The position numbers were made by a program, and so were the translations under genes. Below the pieces are notes generated by a model. That model did not search any database, was not told where the DNA came from, and was given only the letters and a program-made list of their open reading frames with translations. Shown here one piece after another: positions 44,473 to 54,654 of a stretch of 64,000 nucleotides of DNA. Positions within the stretch are counted from its first letter, which is position 1, and each line of letters begins with the position of its first letter. The stretch is taken from contig CAVTNR010000002.1 in NCBI GenBank assembly GCA_963736115.1, positions 64,001 through 128,000 of the forward strand. Direction: 5' to 3'. This DNA comes from an uncultured bacterium. GTDB taxonomy: Bacteria > Zhuqueibacterota > QNDG01 > DTFT01.

Positions 44473-47259
44473 TTAATGCGCCTCAAACCAGTTCTTTCCG
44501 AAGCCCACATCCACTTTCACCGGCACGGAAAGCGTAATCGCTCCCTCCATTTCATCCCGGACCATGGCCGAAAGCCTGTCCTTTTCCCCGTCCGGCGCCT
44601 CGAACACCAGCTCATCGTGTATCTGCAGGATCATCTGGGCCTTCCAACCTTCCTGCTTCAGGCGTTTCTCGATCCGGATCATGGCGATCTTGATCAGGTC
44701 CGCGGCCGCGCCCTGTATCGGCGTATTGACCGCGGTACGCTCCGCGAAATCCCGCAGGTTCCGGTTGTCGCTTTTCAGCTCGGGCAGGTAACGCCTGCGG
44801 TTCAGGATGGTCGTGACGTACCCGTTCCGGTGCGCCTCCGCGACCGTGCGGGCAATGAACTCGCTGACGGACGGGTACCGGGCGAAATACGCGGTGATGA
44901 AGCGCTGGGCCTCGTCGTTCGGAATGCCCAGCCGCGTCGCCAGGCCGAACGCGCCCATGCCGTACAGCACACCGAAGTTGATGGTCTTGGCCTGCCTGCG
45001 CTTCTCGTCCGTGACCTCCTCCGGCGCGAGGCCGAACACCTCGGCCGCCGTCCTGCGGTGCACATCCTCGCCGCTCCGGAACGACGCGGTGAGCGTCTCG
45101 TCGCCGGACAGGTGCGCCATGATGCGCAATTCGATCTGGTTGTAGTCCGCCGACAGGATGCTCCAGGACCGGTCCCGGGGAACGAAAGCCTTCCGGATCT
45201 CGCGGCCCAGGTCGGTCCGGACCGGAATGTTCTGCAGATTGGGGTCGCTGGACGACAGCCGGCCCGTCGCGGCCACGGTCTGGTTGAACGAAGCGTGCAC
45301 GCGGCCGGTCAGGGGGTTGACGAGCGCCGGGAGCGCGTCGACGTAGGTGGATTTCAGTTTCTGAAGCTGGCGGTAATCCAGAAGCCTGCGGGGAAGCGGA
45401 TGGCCGGAAAGAGCCTCGAGCACGCTCACGTCCGTGGCGTATCCGGTCTTGGTCTTCTTCGGTTTCTTCCAGCCCGCGGCCTCGTGGACTTTCAGCTTTT
45501 CGAACAGAATGCGGCCGAGCTGCTGGGTCGAATTGAGGTTGAACGGCTCGCCCGCGATCGACAGGATGTCGGCCCGTATGGACTCCAGCTCCTTTTCCAT
45601 GTCCCGCGACATCCGGCCGAGCAGGTCCGTGTCCAGTGAGACGCCGTTCTCCTCCATATCCGCCAGTACGCTGACCAGGGGCATTTCCACGTCGTGGAAA
45701 AGGGATTCGAGGGATGCCGCCTTGAGCCGCGGCTCGAAAACGCCGCGGAGCCGGAAGGCGGTTTCCGCGTCCTCGCATGCGTATTCCGCGATTTTTTCCA
45801 GTTCGACTTCGGCCATCGAAATCTGCTTCGCGCCCGATCCGATCAGCGACTTGGTGGAAATTTTCTCAAGGTTGAGATATTCAAGCGCGAGCGCGTCGAT
45901 TCCGAAAGCCCTGGCCGATGGATTGATCACATAGGCCGCCACCATGGTGTCGAAATCCACGCCGGCCAGTTCAATGCCGTGGCGGCGCAGGACCAGCATG
46001 TCGTACTTGATGTTCTGCCCGCATTTCCGCACCGCCGGATTCTCCAGAACCGGTTTCAGCCGCCGGAGCGCGGAAACGGAATCAGCGCCCTCATCCGACG
46101 TGAACAGATCGCCGCGGAAATGCGTCCCCGGAAGACGGACCGGCACGTACCACGCCTCGCCCGCCTTCCACGAGAAGGACAGGCCCACGATCTCCGCTTC
46201 CATCGGACGCAGGGAGGTCGTTTCAAGGTCCACCGAGAATACAGGGACGGACGCCAGCGAGGCCGCCAGGCTGTCGATTTCAGATTCGGTTTGCGCGATC
46301 CGGTAGTCCCGGCCAGCCGACGATCCGGCCCCCGTAGCGGCCGGACCGGATCCGGATTTTCCGGAATCCAGATCGACCAGGGCGTTGATAAACCGCGTGA
46401 ATTCCAGGTCCTTGAACAGCGCAATCGCCTTTTCCCGGTCAGCGGACCGGGCCGCGAGATCCTTCAGATCAACAGGGAGCGGAAGGTCGGTGCGCAGGGT
46501 GACCAGATCCCTGGAGAGCATGGCCTGCTCCCGTCCCGCGGCCAGCTTGTCCCGCAGTGCCTGTCTGGGGATGCGGTCCAGCTTTTGATAGACCGCGTCG
46601 ATGGATCCGAATTCCGTGATCAGCTCGCCGGCCGTCTTGGGCCCGATGCCCTTGACCCCGGGCACATTGTCCGAAGCGTCACCCATGAGGCCGAACAGGT
46701 CGACGATGCGGTCCGGCTTCACGCCCCATCTGGCCTCGACTTCGGATGGTCCGGTAATCTCCGCCTCGCCTCCTGTGCCGGCCTTGCTCAGGCTGTACAT
46801 TCGGATCCGCTTCGATACAATCTGCATCATGTCCTTGTCCGCGGTCACCAGATACACGTCCAACCCCTGTTCCGCCGCGCGCAACGCCAGAGTGCCCATG
46901 ACGTCGTCCGCCTCAAAGCCTTCGGATTCGATAACGGGAATATTGAAGGCCCGGACCAGATCGCGGATCACCGGCATTTCCGAGGCCAGTTCTTCCGGCA
47001 TTTTCTCGCGGGTGGCCTTGTATTCCGGAAAGGCCTTGTGACGGAAGGTCGGGGCGGCCATGTCAAAGGCGCAGGCGATGTAGTCGGGTTTTTCGTCGCG
47101 TAGGATTTTCAGGAGGGTGTTGGTGAATCCGAAAGAACCGCTCGTGTGCATGCCTTTGGAATTGACCAGCGGGTTCCGGATGAACGCAAAATGCGCCCGA
47201 TAGGCCAGGGCGGTTCCGTCCAGCAGAAACAGCCGCTCAGGACCGCGGTTGGAAGCCAT
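44473..47259 (-). CDS. polA: DNA polymerase I
   Basis: LLDGTALAYRA, EADDV, GDASDNVPGV, DLETT, TGRLSSSDPNLQNIP, ADYNQIELR and QIHDEL motifs. Confidence 0.97.
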   Translation of the reverse strand: MASNRGPERLFLLDGTALAYRAHFAFIRNPLVNSKGMHTSGSFGFTNTLLKILRDEKPDYIACAFDMAAPTFRHKAFPEYKATREKMPEELASEMPVIRDLVRAFNIPVIESEGFEADDVMGTLALRAAEQGLDVYLVTADKDMMQIVSKRIRMYSLSKAGTGGEAEITGPSEVEARWGVKPDRIVDLFGLMGDASDNVPGVKGIGPKTAGELITEFGSIDAVYQKLDRIPRQALRDKLAAGREQAMLSRDLVTLRTDLPLPVDLKDLAARSADREKAIALFKDLEFTRFINALVDLDSGKSGSGPAATGAGSSAGRDYRIAQTESEIDSLAASLASVPVFSVDLETTSLRPMEAEIVGLSFSWKAGEAWYVPVRLPGTHFRGDLFTSDEGADSVSALRRLKPVLENPAVRKCGQNIKYDMLVLRRHGIELAGVDFDTMVAAYVINPSARAFGIDALALEYLNLEKISTKSLIGSGAKQISMAEVELEKIAEYACEDAETAFRLRGVFEPRLKAASLESLFHDVEMPLVSVLADMEENGVSLDTDLLGRMSRDMEKELESIRADILSIAGEPFNLNSTQQLGRILFEKLKVHEAAGWKKPKKTKTGYATDVSVLEALSGHPLPRRLLDYRQLQKLKSTYVDALPALVNPLTGRVHASFNQTVAATGRLSSSDPNLQNIPVRTDLGREIRKAFVPRDRSWSILSADYNQIELRIMAHLSGDETLTASFRSGEDVHRRTAAEVFGLAPEEVTDEKRRQAKTINFGVLYGMGAFGLATRLGIPNDEAQRFITAYFARYPSVSEFIARTVAEAHRNGYVTTILNRRRYLPELKSDNRNLRDFAERTAVNTPIQGAAADLIKIAMIRIEKRLKQEGWKAQMILQIHDELVFEAPDGEKDRLSAMVRDEMEGAITLSVPVKVDVGFGKNWFEAH

Positions 47260-48532
47260 CTCGACGCACCCCCTCTTTCTCCGGATCGATGAAACGGAAC
47301 ACATCTCCGTCGGTCTCACGGCACCACGCGTGCCACGAACCCCTCGGCAGCAAATTGAGGGAGGCGAGGGCTTCGAAAGCCGCCCGCACATCCGTCGAGG
47401 CGGGAAGCCGGAGGGCATAACCCATGGGAATTTCCTTCTCCCCGGCCAGCACGGCTTTCCGAAACGCCGGATTCAATGCGGCCAGCGTGTCACCGTCCGC
47501 GCCGAAAACCCGCTTGACCGTTTCCAGCTTCAGCGGCACCGGAAGCGCCACAACCGCGAACCGGTCCGGAGGCATGGGGCTAAAAGAGCCGAAATGGGTC
47601 TCCGGATCGGAGGCCACACGCACCGCCGCCAGAAATTCCGCGTAAAAGTTCTTGGAGGCGAATCCGAACGGCTTGGCCTCATAGGCGTGGATGATTTCCA
47701 TGAGGTCGTCGGTGTTCAGCTCCTGCATGGCCTTCCGAATGGAAACCAGTCCATGGTTGTATGCGGTCACGGCCAGGGGCCACCGGCCGGTCTTCTCATA
47801 ATTGCGTTTCAGCAGACGCGCCGCCGCGTCCGCGGACAGCAGGGGATCATAACGTTCGTCGATCGCGTCGTCCACGGTCATGAACAGCCGGCCCGTATCC
47901 CGCGTGAACTGCCAGGCGCCCGCGGCGCCGGCCTTGGACAGGGCTTTGTGATTGAAGGAAGATTCCACGTGCGGCAGGTAAACCAGCGCATCGGGCAGGC
48001 CCCTGTCACGGAAAATCCTCCGGATTTCCCCGAGATACCGTCCGGACCGGATCAGGCCCTCCAGGAAGGATTCGGCCAGGCCGGACTGAGGCCGGATGCG
48101 CTCAGCCGAGCGGCGGAGCGTCTCCGGCGTCGGCGAAGATCCGAACAGCCGGATCAGGCGCTTTTCCTCGTCCGTTCCCGTCGTGTCCCCAGCGACGCGT
48201 TCCGCCAGCCGCTTGAGCATGGAGGCGATGCGGTCCCGCTCCTCCGCCGCCTTTTTCTCCCGCTTTTTTTTCTGGTTCGTAATATCGGGGGACAGGCCGG
48301 TGACGTCCACAATCGCATAGATCCGTCCGGGCTCGTCCATGTCGTGCAGGAGAATCCGGTCCCGCGAAGTGCGCGTGAAGACGTCCACCCAGAAGCGGAC
48401 GCTGGACTCCAGCTCGGGCGGAGAGGGAAAATCCGGACCGGCCGCGCTTCCGGCCGGACAGACAGCCGGAACCAGCCCCAGCGCAACGGACGCGGCGAGC
48501 CCAACGGCCAGCCGCCTGATTCCACATTTCAT
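47237..48532 (-). CDS. Lytic transglycosylase (SLT domain, MltD-like)
   Basis: Signal peptide; LPHVESSFN, AGAWQF and AVTAYNHG motifs. Confidence 0.87.
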   Translation of the reverse strand: MKCGIRRLAVGLAASVALGLVPAVCPAGSAAGPDFPSPPELESSVRFWVDVFTRTSRDRILLHDMDEPGRIYAIVDVTGLSPDITNQKKKREKKAAEERDRIASMLKRLAERVAGDTTGTDEEKRLIRLFGSSPTPETLRRSAERIRPQSGLAESFLEGLIRSGRYLGEIRRIFRDRGLPDALVYLPHVESSFNHKALSKAGAAGAWQFTRDTGRLFMTVDDAIDERYDPLLSADAAARLLKRNYEKTGRWPLAVTAYNHGLVSIRKAMQELNTDDLMEIIHAYEAKPFGFASKNFYAEFLAAVRVASDPETHFGSFSPMPPDRFAVVALPVPLKLETVKRVFGADGDTLAALNPAFRKAVLAGEKEIPMGYALRLPASTDVRAAFEALASLNLLPRGSWHAWCRETDGDVFRFIDPEKEGVRRDGFQPRS

Positions 48533-49986
48533 CCGTTTCCGCTCCGCTCCAGGGCTTCGGCCACGAACCTGCGGCATTTTTCGCGCCCCAGGATCTCGGC
48601 TGTTTTCGGAAGCTCCGGACCGTGCGCCTGGCCGGTCAGCATGACGCGGATCGGCATCCAGAGGTTTTTGCCCTTGATTCCCGTTCCCTTCTGGATTTCC
48701 TTCATCACCGCGAGAAAGAGCTCGGGATCCCATGCAACCAGGGGCCCCGTCCGTTCGAGAAAATCAACGCCGATGCGCCGCGCCTCCGGAGACCGGAGAA
48801 TCGCTTCGGCTTCGGCATTCTCCGGAACAACGGTTTCGGCGGAGAAAACAGCCGCTTTCTCAGGCACCTGCGACAGCCGGTCCACCGCGCTCTGCAGTAG
48901 GTCCGTCACCTTCCGGATTTCGGCATGCGGCCCACCGGTCGCTCCAGCGTCCCCGAAGAAGGGGAGCGCGAGTTCGTAGAACCGGCCGGGGTCCAGGGCC
49001 CTCAGGTACTGACCGTTCATCCAGTCCAGTTTTTCGGTGTTGAACACGGCCGGGGATTCGGATACGCGATCGAAATCAAACTCCCGGACGAGGCGCTCCA
49101 TACCGAGAATTTCGTCCCCGGACGCGGAGGACCAGGACAGCAGGGAGAGAAAGTTGACGAGCGCCTCGGGCAGATAACCCGCCGCCCGGTACTGGTCGAC
49201 GGACGTGGCGCCGTGCCGCTTGGACAGCCGCTCCCGGTCCCCGCCGAGTATCATCGGGATGTGCGCGAAAGCCGGCGGCGTCCATCCCAGCGCGAGATAG
49301 AGCAGAACCTGCCTAGGCGTGTTCGAGACATGGTCGTTCCCGCGGATGACGTGGGTGATGTCCATATCATGGTCGTCCGCGACGCAGGCGAAGTTGTACA
49401 TCGGCATGCCGTCGCCGCGGGAGAGAACGAAGTCGCCGATGGTTTCGTTCGCGAAACCGATGGGCCCCTTGATGAGGTCGTGGAACCGGGTTTCGCCGGG
49501 TTCCACGCGGAACCGCATCGCGGGACTGCGGCCTTCGGATTCGAAGGCTTTTCGCTTCGCCTCAGTAAGGTCGCGGCATTGGCCGTCGTAGGCCGGCGAT
49601 TCCCCGCGGGCCAGCCGCTCCTGCCGCCTCGCCTCGAGCTCGTCCGGCTTGCAGTAGCAGGGATACACCCGGCCCGATTGCACCAGCCCGTCCATCCGAT
49701 CGTGGTACAGATTCAGCCGCTCGGACTGGCGGTAGGGACCGTGCGGCCCGCCGCAATCCGGACCCTCGTCCCAGTGAAGACCGAGCCAAGCCAGGTCCCG
49801 CAGAATCGACATCTCGCTCTCGCGGGTCGAACGCTCCCGATCCGTGTCCTCGATGCGCAGGATGAAGGAGCCCCTGTGGTGGCGCGCGACAATCCAGTTC
49901 ATGACCGCTGTGCGCGCGTTGCCGATATGCAGGTGACCCGTCGGGCTCGGCGCGAAACGGGTGCGGACATTTTTTTTAGTGGTCAT
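48529..49986 (-). CDS. gltX: Glutamate--tRNA ligase
   Basis: RFAPSPTGHLHIGN, RIEDTD, YRQSER and RLSKR motifs. Confidence 0.95.
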   Translation of the reverse strand: MTTKKNVRTRFAPSPTGHLHIGNARTAVMNWIVARHHRGSFILRIEDTDRERSTRESEMSILRDLAWLGLHWDEGPDCGGPHGPYRQSERLNLYHDRMDGLVQSGRVYPCYCKPDELEARRQERLARGESPAYDGQCRDLTEAKRKAFESEGRSPAMRFRVEPGETRFHDLIKGPIGFANETIGDFVLSRGDGMPMYNFACVADDHDMDITHVIRGNDHVSNTPRQVLLYLALGWTPPAFAHIPMILGGDRERLSKRHGATSVDQYRAAGYLPEALVNFLSLLSWSSASGDEILGMERLVREFDFDRVSESPAVFNTEKLDWMNGQYLRALDPGRFYELALPFFGDAGATGGPHAEIRKVTDLLQSAVDRLSQVPEKAAVFSAETVVPENAEAEAILRSPEARRIGVDFLERTGPLVAWDPELFLAVMKEIQKGTGIKGKNLWMPIRVMLTGQAHGPELPKTAEILGREKCRRFVAEALERSGNG

Positions 49987-50108
49987 CTTGTCTTCAAATC
50001 CTTGAAATATCACTTCTTCATCAGGAGTTCTCTTTGTTCCGAATTCCGAGTTCCGGGTTTCGAGTTACGAACTTTTAAAACCCCCACCCACCCGGAACGA
50101 TCAACCGA

Positions 50109-50699
50109 CTATGACTTTTTCCTCTTCCTCAATATCCACCACGCAACCAGCCCGAGAACGAGGATGCCGAACGCGATCCGGTGATAGTTATCCACGATCA
50201 GCCGCCAGTTGTCGCCGGCCCACAGGCCCACGGCCATGAGAAGGCCGTTCCACAGCGTGCATCCGGCGAGTGCGTACAGAAAAACCTTCCGGCCGTCGAT
50301 CGCCGCAATGCCGGCGGCGAACGAAACCACGGCCCGGAACCCGGAGAGAAAACGGTTGAATACAAGCACCCGGTCGCCGTACCGGCTGAACCAGGCCTCG
50401 ACCCGGTCCAAGCGCTCCTGCGAGAAAAATCGCGCCCGCCGGCCCGTGAACCAGGCCCTTCCCCACTTCCGGCCGACCGCGTAGCATGCCATGAACCCGA
50501 GCACGCTTCCAGCCAGAGTCGACAGATAGGCGGGCAGAAAGGACAGCTTGCCCCGGCCCACGAGAAACGCGCCGAGCACCGTGACCGTGTCGCCGGGCGC
50601 GGGAGGGAACACATTCTCCGCAAAGGAACTGGCGAAGAGAATCACATATCCCCAGGGTTCGGCAACCGAAGAAAGCACTGCGCCGATCCGGTCGATCAC
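50109..50699 (-). CDS. DedA family membrane protein
   Basis: ENVFPPAPGD and NRFLSGFR motifs; GTGA overlap with ispF. Confidence 0.88.
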   Translation of the reverse strand: MIDRIGAVLSSVAEPWGYVILFASSFAENVFPPAPGDTVTVLGAFLVGRGKLSFLPAYLSTLAGSVLGFMACYAVGRKWGRAWFTGRRARFFSQERLDRVEAWFSRYGDRVLVFNRFLSGFRAVVSFAAGIAAIDGRKVFLYALAGCTLWNGLLMAVGLWAGDNWRLIVDNYHRIAFGILVLGLVAWWILRKRKKS

Positions 50700-51175
50700 G
50701 ATCCGACTTCCTCGATCAGAGCGACCGCCCATACCGCGACCGCTTCGCCGCGGCCGGTCGCGTCGAATCCCTCATTGGTCTTGGCCTTGACCGAAACCGC
50801 GCCGGCGGGCGCATCCAGCGCGGCCGCGAGATTTTCGGCCATCCGGGCTTTATAGGGCGACAGCTTCGGCGCTTCCGCGACCACGGTCGCGTCCACATTC
50901 ACCACGCGGTATCCCGCGTCCCGGACCTTGTCCCGCACGGCCGTCAGCAGGACCAGACTGTCCGCGTCCTTCCAGCGGGGGTCGGTATCCGGGAAATGCT
51001 CTCCAATGTCCCCCAGGGCCGCGGCGCCCAGGAGCGCGTCGGACACGGCATGACACAGGGCATCCGCGTCCGAGTGCCCGGTTAAACCCCGCGGGAAGGG
51101 AACATGTACGCCTCCGAGCCGGAGCAGGCGGCCCTCCGCGAAGGCGTGCAGGTCGTATCCGAATCCGATTCTCAG
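50696..51175 (-). CDS. ispF: 2-C-methyl-D-erythritol 2,4-cyclodiphosphate synthase (apparent CTG start)
   Basis: In-frame LRIGFGYDLH...GHSDADALCHAVSDALLGA...GDIGEHFPD...KAKTNE; no canonical start codon upstream of the conserved N-terminus. Confidence 0.92.
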   Translation of the reverse strand: MRIGFGYDLHAFAEGRLLRLGGVHVPFPRGLTGHSDADALCHAVSDALLGAAALGDIGEHFPDTDPRWKDADSLVLLTAVRDKVRDAGYRVVNVDATVVAEAPKLSPYKARMAENLAAALDAPAGAVSVKAKTNEGFDATGRGEAVAVWAVALIEEVGS

Positions 51176-51867
51176 AGGCCCTCCGCCGCGAGCCGCTCGG
51201 CGACGATCCGGTCGAACGGCGTCGTGATCTTGATGTTCGTCTCCTCCCCCTCGACCACTTCGACCGGCAGGCCGAGGCGCTCGACCAGGGCCGCGTCGTC
51301 CGTGGCGACAAAACCGTCCTTGATGGCCGACTCATAGGCGCGGACCAGAATTTCCGCGCGGAACGCCTGCGGCGTCTGCACTTCCCATAGGAGGCGCCGG
51401 TCCAGAGTTTCTTCCGCCCGGTCTCCCTTTCCCCGCTTGATCGTGGCTTTCGGCCGCACGGCCAGTATGGCGGCTCCGCTCCGGGCCGCGGCCGCGATGG
51501 TTTCGCGTATCCTGGAAACGGATACGAAGGGCCTCACCGCGTCGTGCACCAGGATGAAGTCCACGTCCTCCGGTACGGCCCGCAGGCCGCGGTATACGGT
51601 GTCCTGGCGCTCCTCGCCGGCTTCGACGATGACCACCGGGAGGCCGGACGGATTGCGGCCGATCCATTCCCTGACCGCGTCCGCGCACTGGGGCGAGACG
51701 GCCGCCACAATGCACCGGACTTCCGGAGTGCCTGCGAGTTTTTCGAGGGAACGGACGAGCGCGGACCGGCCGCCGAGCGGAATCAACTGCTTGGGAAGGG
51801 GGCCGCCCATGCGCTTCCCGCTTCCCCCCGCGGCCAGGATGGCCGCCGTTCTGACGGCTTCCGTCAC
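51172..51867 (-). CDS. ispD: 2-C-methyl-D-erythritol 4-phosphate cytidylyltransferase
   Basis: AAGGSGKRM, PKQ, LVHDAVRPF, QTPQAF, TDDA and NIKITTPFD motifs. Confidence 0.94.
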   Translation of the reverse strand: MTEAVRTAAILAAGGSGKRMGGPLPKQLIPLGGRSALVRSLEKLAGTPEVRCIVAAVSPQCADAVREWIGRNPSGLPVVIVEAGEERQDTVYRGLRAVPEDVDFILVHDAVRPFVSVSRIRETIAAAARSGAAILAVRPKATIKRGKGDRAEETLDRRLLWEVQTPQAFRAEILVRAYESAIKDGFVATDDAALVERLGLPVEVVEGEETNIKITTPFDRIVAERLAAEGL

Positions 51868-51876
51868 GGCTCCCCC

Positions 51877-52905
51877 CTACAGGATGAGCATGGCGTCCCC
51901 GTACGAGAAAAACCGGTAGCGGTCGCGGATGGCCTTGCGGTAGGCTTTGAGGATGAAGTCCCGTCCGCCGAAGGCGCAGACGAGCATGATGAGCGTTGAA
52001 TTGGGCATGTGGAAATTGGTGATGAGGGCGCCGGGCACGCGCACTTCATGGGGCGGATAGATGAACTTGTCCGTCCAGCCCTTTTCGGCCTTCACGTGGC
52101 CGTCCGAGGTGACCACGGTTTCGAGCACGCGCACGACCGTGGTCCCCACCGCGATGACGCGGCCACCGGCGTTGATCGTCCGGTTGATGGCTTCCGCGGA
52201 TTTCTCCGAGATCTCGAAGAATTCCGAATCCATCTTGTGCCGCGTGAGGTCCTCCACCACCACGGGCCGGAACGTGCCGAGGCCGACGTGCAGGAGAATG
52301 GGCACCACTTTCACGCCCCGGCTCTCCAGTTTCTTGATCATTTTCTTGTCGAAATGCAGGGCCGCGGTCGTCGCGGCGACCGCCCCTTCCTTTCTGGCGA
52401 AAACGGACTGGTAGCGTTCCTTATCCACGTTTTCAGGCTCGCGCTTGATATAGGGCGGCAGGGGGACCTTTCCGATTTTCTGGACGATGTCGCTGAAATT
52501 GCCCTTGCAGTGGAATCGGATCACGCGGCCGCCGGAGACCGTGTTGTCCACGACCTCGCAGGTGAGCAGGTTGCCGACATGCAGTTTGTTGCCCACACGG
52601 ACCTTCCGGGCCGGCTTGACCAGGACCTCCCACAGGTCCTTTTCGAGCTCCCGGAGCAGGAAAACCTCGACCTCGGCGTTGGTCTTGTCCTTGATGCCCG
52701 TCAGCCGGGCCGGAAACACCTTGGTTTCATTGACCACGAGGCAGTCGCCGGCCTTCAGGTACTCGGCCAGATCCGAAAACTGCCTGTCCTCGACCTGTTG
52801 CGTGTCGCGGTGGAGCACCATGAGCCTCGACTGGCCCCGTTTTTTGGGTGGGTACTGGGAAATCAGCTTCTCGGGAACCGCGTACTTGAAATCACTCAGT
52901 TTCAT
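51877..52905 (-). CDS. queA: SAM:tRNA ribosyltransferase-isomerase
   Basis: VNETKVFPAR, PLPPYIKR, LHVGLGTF, AVGTT, TNFHMP and YRFFSYGDAM motifs. Confidence 0.95.
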   Translation of the reverse strand: MKLSDFKYAVPEKLISQYPPKKRGQSRLMVLHRDTQQVEDRQFSDLAEYLKAGDCLVVNETKVFPARLTGIKDKTNAEVEVFLLRELEKDLWEVLVKPARKVRVGNKLHVGNLLTCEVVDNTVSGGRVIRFHCKGNFSDIVQKIGKVPLPPYIKREPENVDKERYQSVFARKEGAVAATTAALHFDKKMIKKLESRGVKVVPILLHVGLGTFRPVVVEDLTRHKMDSEFFEISEKSAEAINRTINAGGRVIAVGTTVVRVLETVVTSDGHVKAEKGWTDKFIYPPHEVRVPGALITNFHMPNSTLIMLVCAFGGRDFILKAYRKAIRDRYRFFSYGDAMLIL

Positions 52906-52936
52906 CTCGTGCTCCGGGATGATGATGGTTGACTGG

Positions 52937-52998
52937 TTGAAGCTCCCCGCCGCTTGCCTTCTGTTTGAAGGCAAGCGGCGGGGTAAGCGAGCGATCAG
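52937..52998. repeat. Rearranged palindromic element forming a 17-bp perfect stem
   Basis: ttgaagct-ccccgccgcttgccttc-tgttt-gaaggcaagcggcgggg-taagcgagcgatc. Confidence 0.65.
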
Positions 52999-53000
52999 AT

Positions 53001-54023
53001 TTAAAACAGCGATTGCTGGGGCGCCGCGCCCGGTGTCAGGCCCAGGGTCCGGTAAGCCAGCACCGTGGCTTCCCGGCCCCGGGGAGTCCGCTTCAGAAAG
53101 CCTTCCTTGATCAGATAGGGTTCGTAGATCTCCTCGATCGTTCCGCCGTCCTCGCCCACGGCCACGCCGACCGTGCCGATCCCCACCGGACCTCCTCCGA
53201 ATTTTTCGATGATCACGGAAAGGATGCGCTTGTCCATGTCGTCGAGCCCATGCGCGTCAACGTCGAGCCGCTCGAGCGACCGGCCGGCGACATCCTTCGT
53301 GATACAGCCGTCTCCCTCCACCTGGGCGAAATCCCGGATGCGGCGGAGAAGGCGGTTCGCCACGCGGGGCGTTCCCCGCGAACGGACGGCGATCTCGGAA
53401 AGCCCGTCCTCGTCCGCCTCAACTTTCAGCAGCCCGGCGGTGCGCCGCAGAATCAGGCCGAGCTCCGCGGGCAGGTAGTAGTCGAGCCGGTTCACCACGC
53501 CGAAACGGGCACGCATCGGGGCAGTGATAAGCCCCGCGCGCGTGGTCGCGCCAACCAGCGTGAAATGGGGCAGGTTCAGGCAGACGCTCCGGGCGTGCGG
53601 GCCGTGGTCGATCACGATATCGAGGCGGAAATCCTCCATGGCCGGGTAGAGGTATTCCTCGACCACGGTGCTGAGACGGTGGATCTCGTCGATGAACAGG
53701 ACGTCCCGGGGTTTCAGGTTCGTCAGGATTCCGGCCAGGTCGCCCGGTTTCTCGAGCGCCGGCCCGGTCGTGGTCTTGATGTCCGACCCGAGCTCCTGGG
53801 CAATGATGTTCGCGAGCGTCGTCTTGCCGAGCCCGGGCGGCCCGTGAAAAAGAACGTGGTCCAGCGCCTCGCCCCGCTCGTTCGCCGCGCGGATGAACAC
53901 ACGGAGATTCGCGATGACTTTCTCCTGGCCGACGAACTCCGCGAAGGCCCGCGGCCGGAGGGTCTGGTCGAAAGCCTGTTCGCCTTCGAGTGGGACGGGA
54001 TCGGTGATCCGGGTGTCGGTCAT
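53001..54023 (-). CDS. ruvB: Holliday junction branch migration helicase RuvB
   Basis: [33 protein letters not shown] and [10 protein letters not shown] motifs. Confidence 0.97.
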   Translation of the reverse strand: MTDTRITDPVPLEGEQAFDQTLRPRAFAEFVGQEKVIANLRVFIRAANERGEALDHVLFHGPPGLGKTTLANIIAQELGSDIKTTTGPALEKPGDLAGILTNLKPRDVLFIDEIHRLSTVVEEYLYPAMEDFRLDIVIDHGPHARSVCLNLPHFTLVGATTRAGLITAPMRARFGVVNRLDYYLPAELGLILRRTAGLLKVEADEDGLSEIAVRSRGTPRVANRLLRRIRDFAQVEGDGCITKDVAGRSLERLDVDAHGLDDMDKRILSVIIEKFGGGPVGIGTVGVAVGEDGGTIEEIYEPYLIKEGFLKRTPRGREATVLAYRTLGLTPGAAPQQSLF

Positions 54024-54066
54024 GGTCGCTTGTCTGGGTCTCCGGTTGATCAGGCCTGATCGCCGG

Positions 54067-54654
54067 TCACATCATCCGCAGCGCGGCCTTCAGCGCTTCC
54101 TCAAGCGATGCGGACCGGTTTGTCTTCAGGACCTTGCGAACAGCTTCCTGAGCCATGACGCGCTTGTAGCCCAGGGAAACGAGCGCCAGCACCGCCTCCT
54201 CCTCGACGGGGGACGCCGCGCCGGCCGGCGCGTCCGGGCCAGCCGCAGGGGCCTCGCCGATCTTGTCCCGCAGTTCCAGAACGAGCCGGTCGGCTGTTTT
54301 CCGGCCGACGCCCGGCACCTTGACCAGGGCGGCCGCATCCTGATTGCGGACCGCGGCCTCGAATTCATCCACGGATATGCCGGACAGGATGTTCTGAGCG
54401 AGCCTGGGGCCGACGCCGGAAACGGAAATGAGGAGCAGAAAAAGTCGGCGTTCCGCCTCGGTGGCGAATCCATAGAGCTGAAGCGCGTCCTCGCGCACAT
54501 GCAGATGGGTCAGCAGGCGCACATCCGATCCCGGCGCGCCGAGCGCGTTGAAGCTCGATACAGGGATAAAAACCTGGAATCCGACGCCGGCCGTTTCCAC
54601 GACCGCCCAAGTGGGCGATTTCGCCGCCAGTTTTCCGGTGATGAAGGCGATCAT
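54067..54654 (-). CDS. ruvA: Holliday junction branch migration protein RuvA
   Basis: [30 protein letters not shown] and LVSLGY motifs. Confidence 0.95.
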   Translation of the reverse strand: MIAFITGKLAAKSPTWAVVETAGVGFQVFIPVSSFNALGAPGSDVRLLTHLHVREDALQLYGFATEAERRLFLLLISVSGVGPRLAQNILSGISVDEFEAAVRNQDAAALVKVPGVGRKTADRLVLELRDKIGEAPAAGPDAPAGAASPVEEEAVLALVSLGYKRVMAQEAVRKVLKTNRSASLEEALKAALRMM

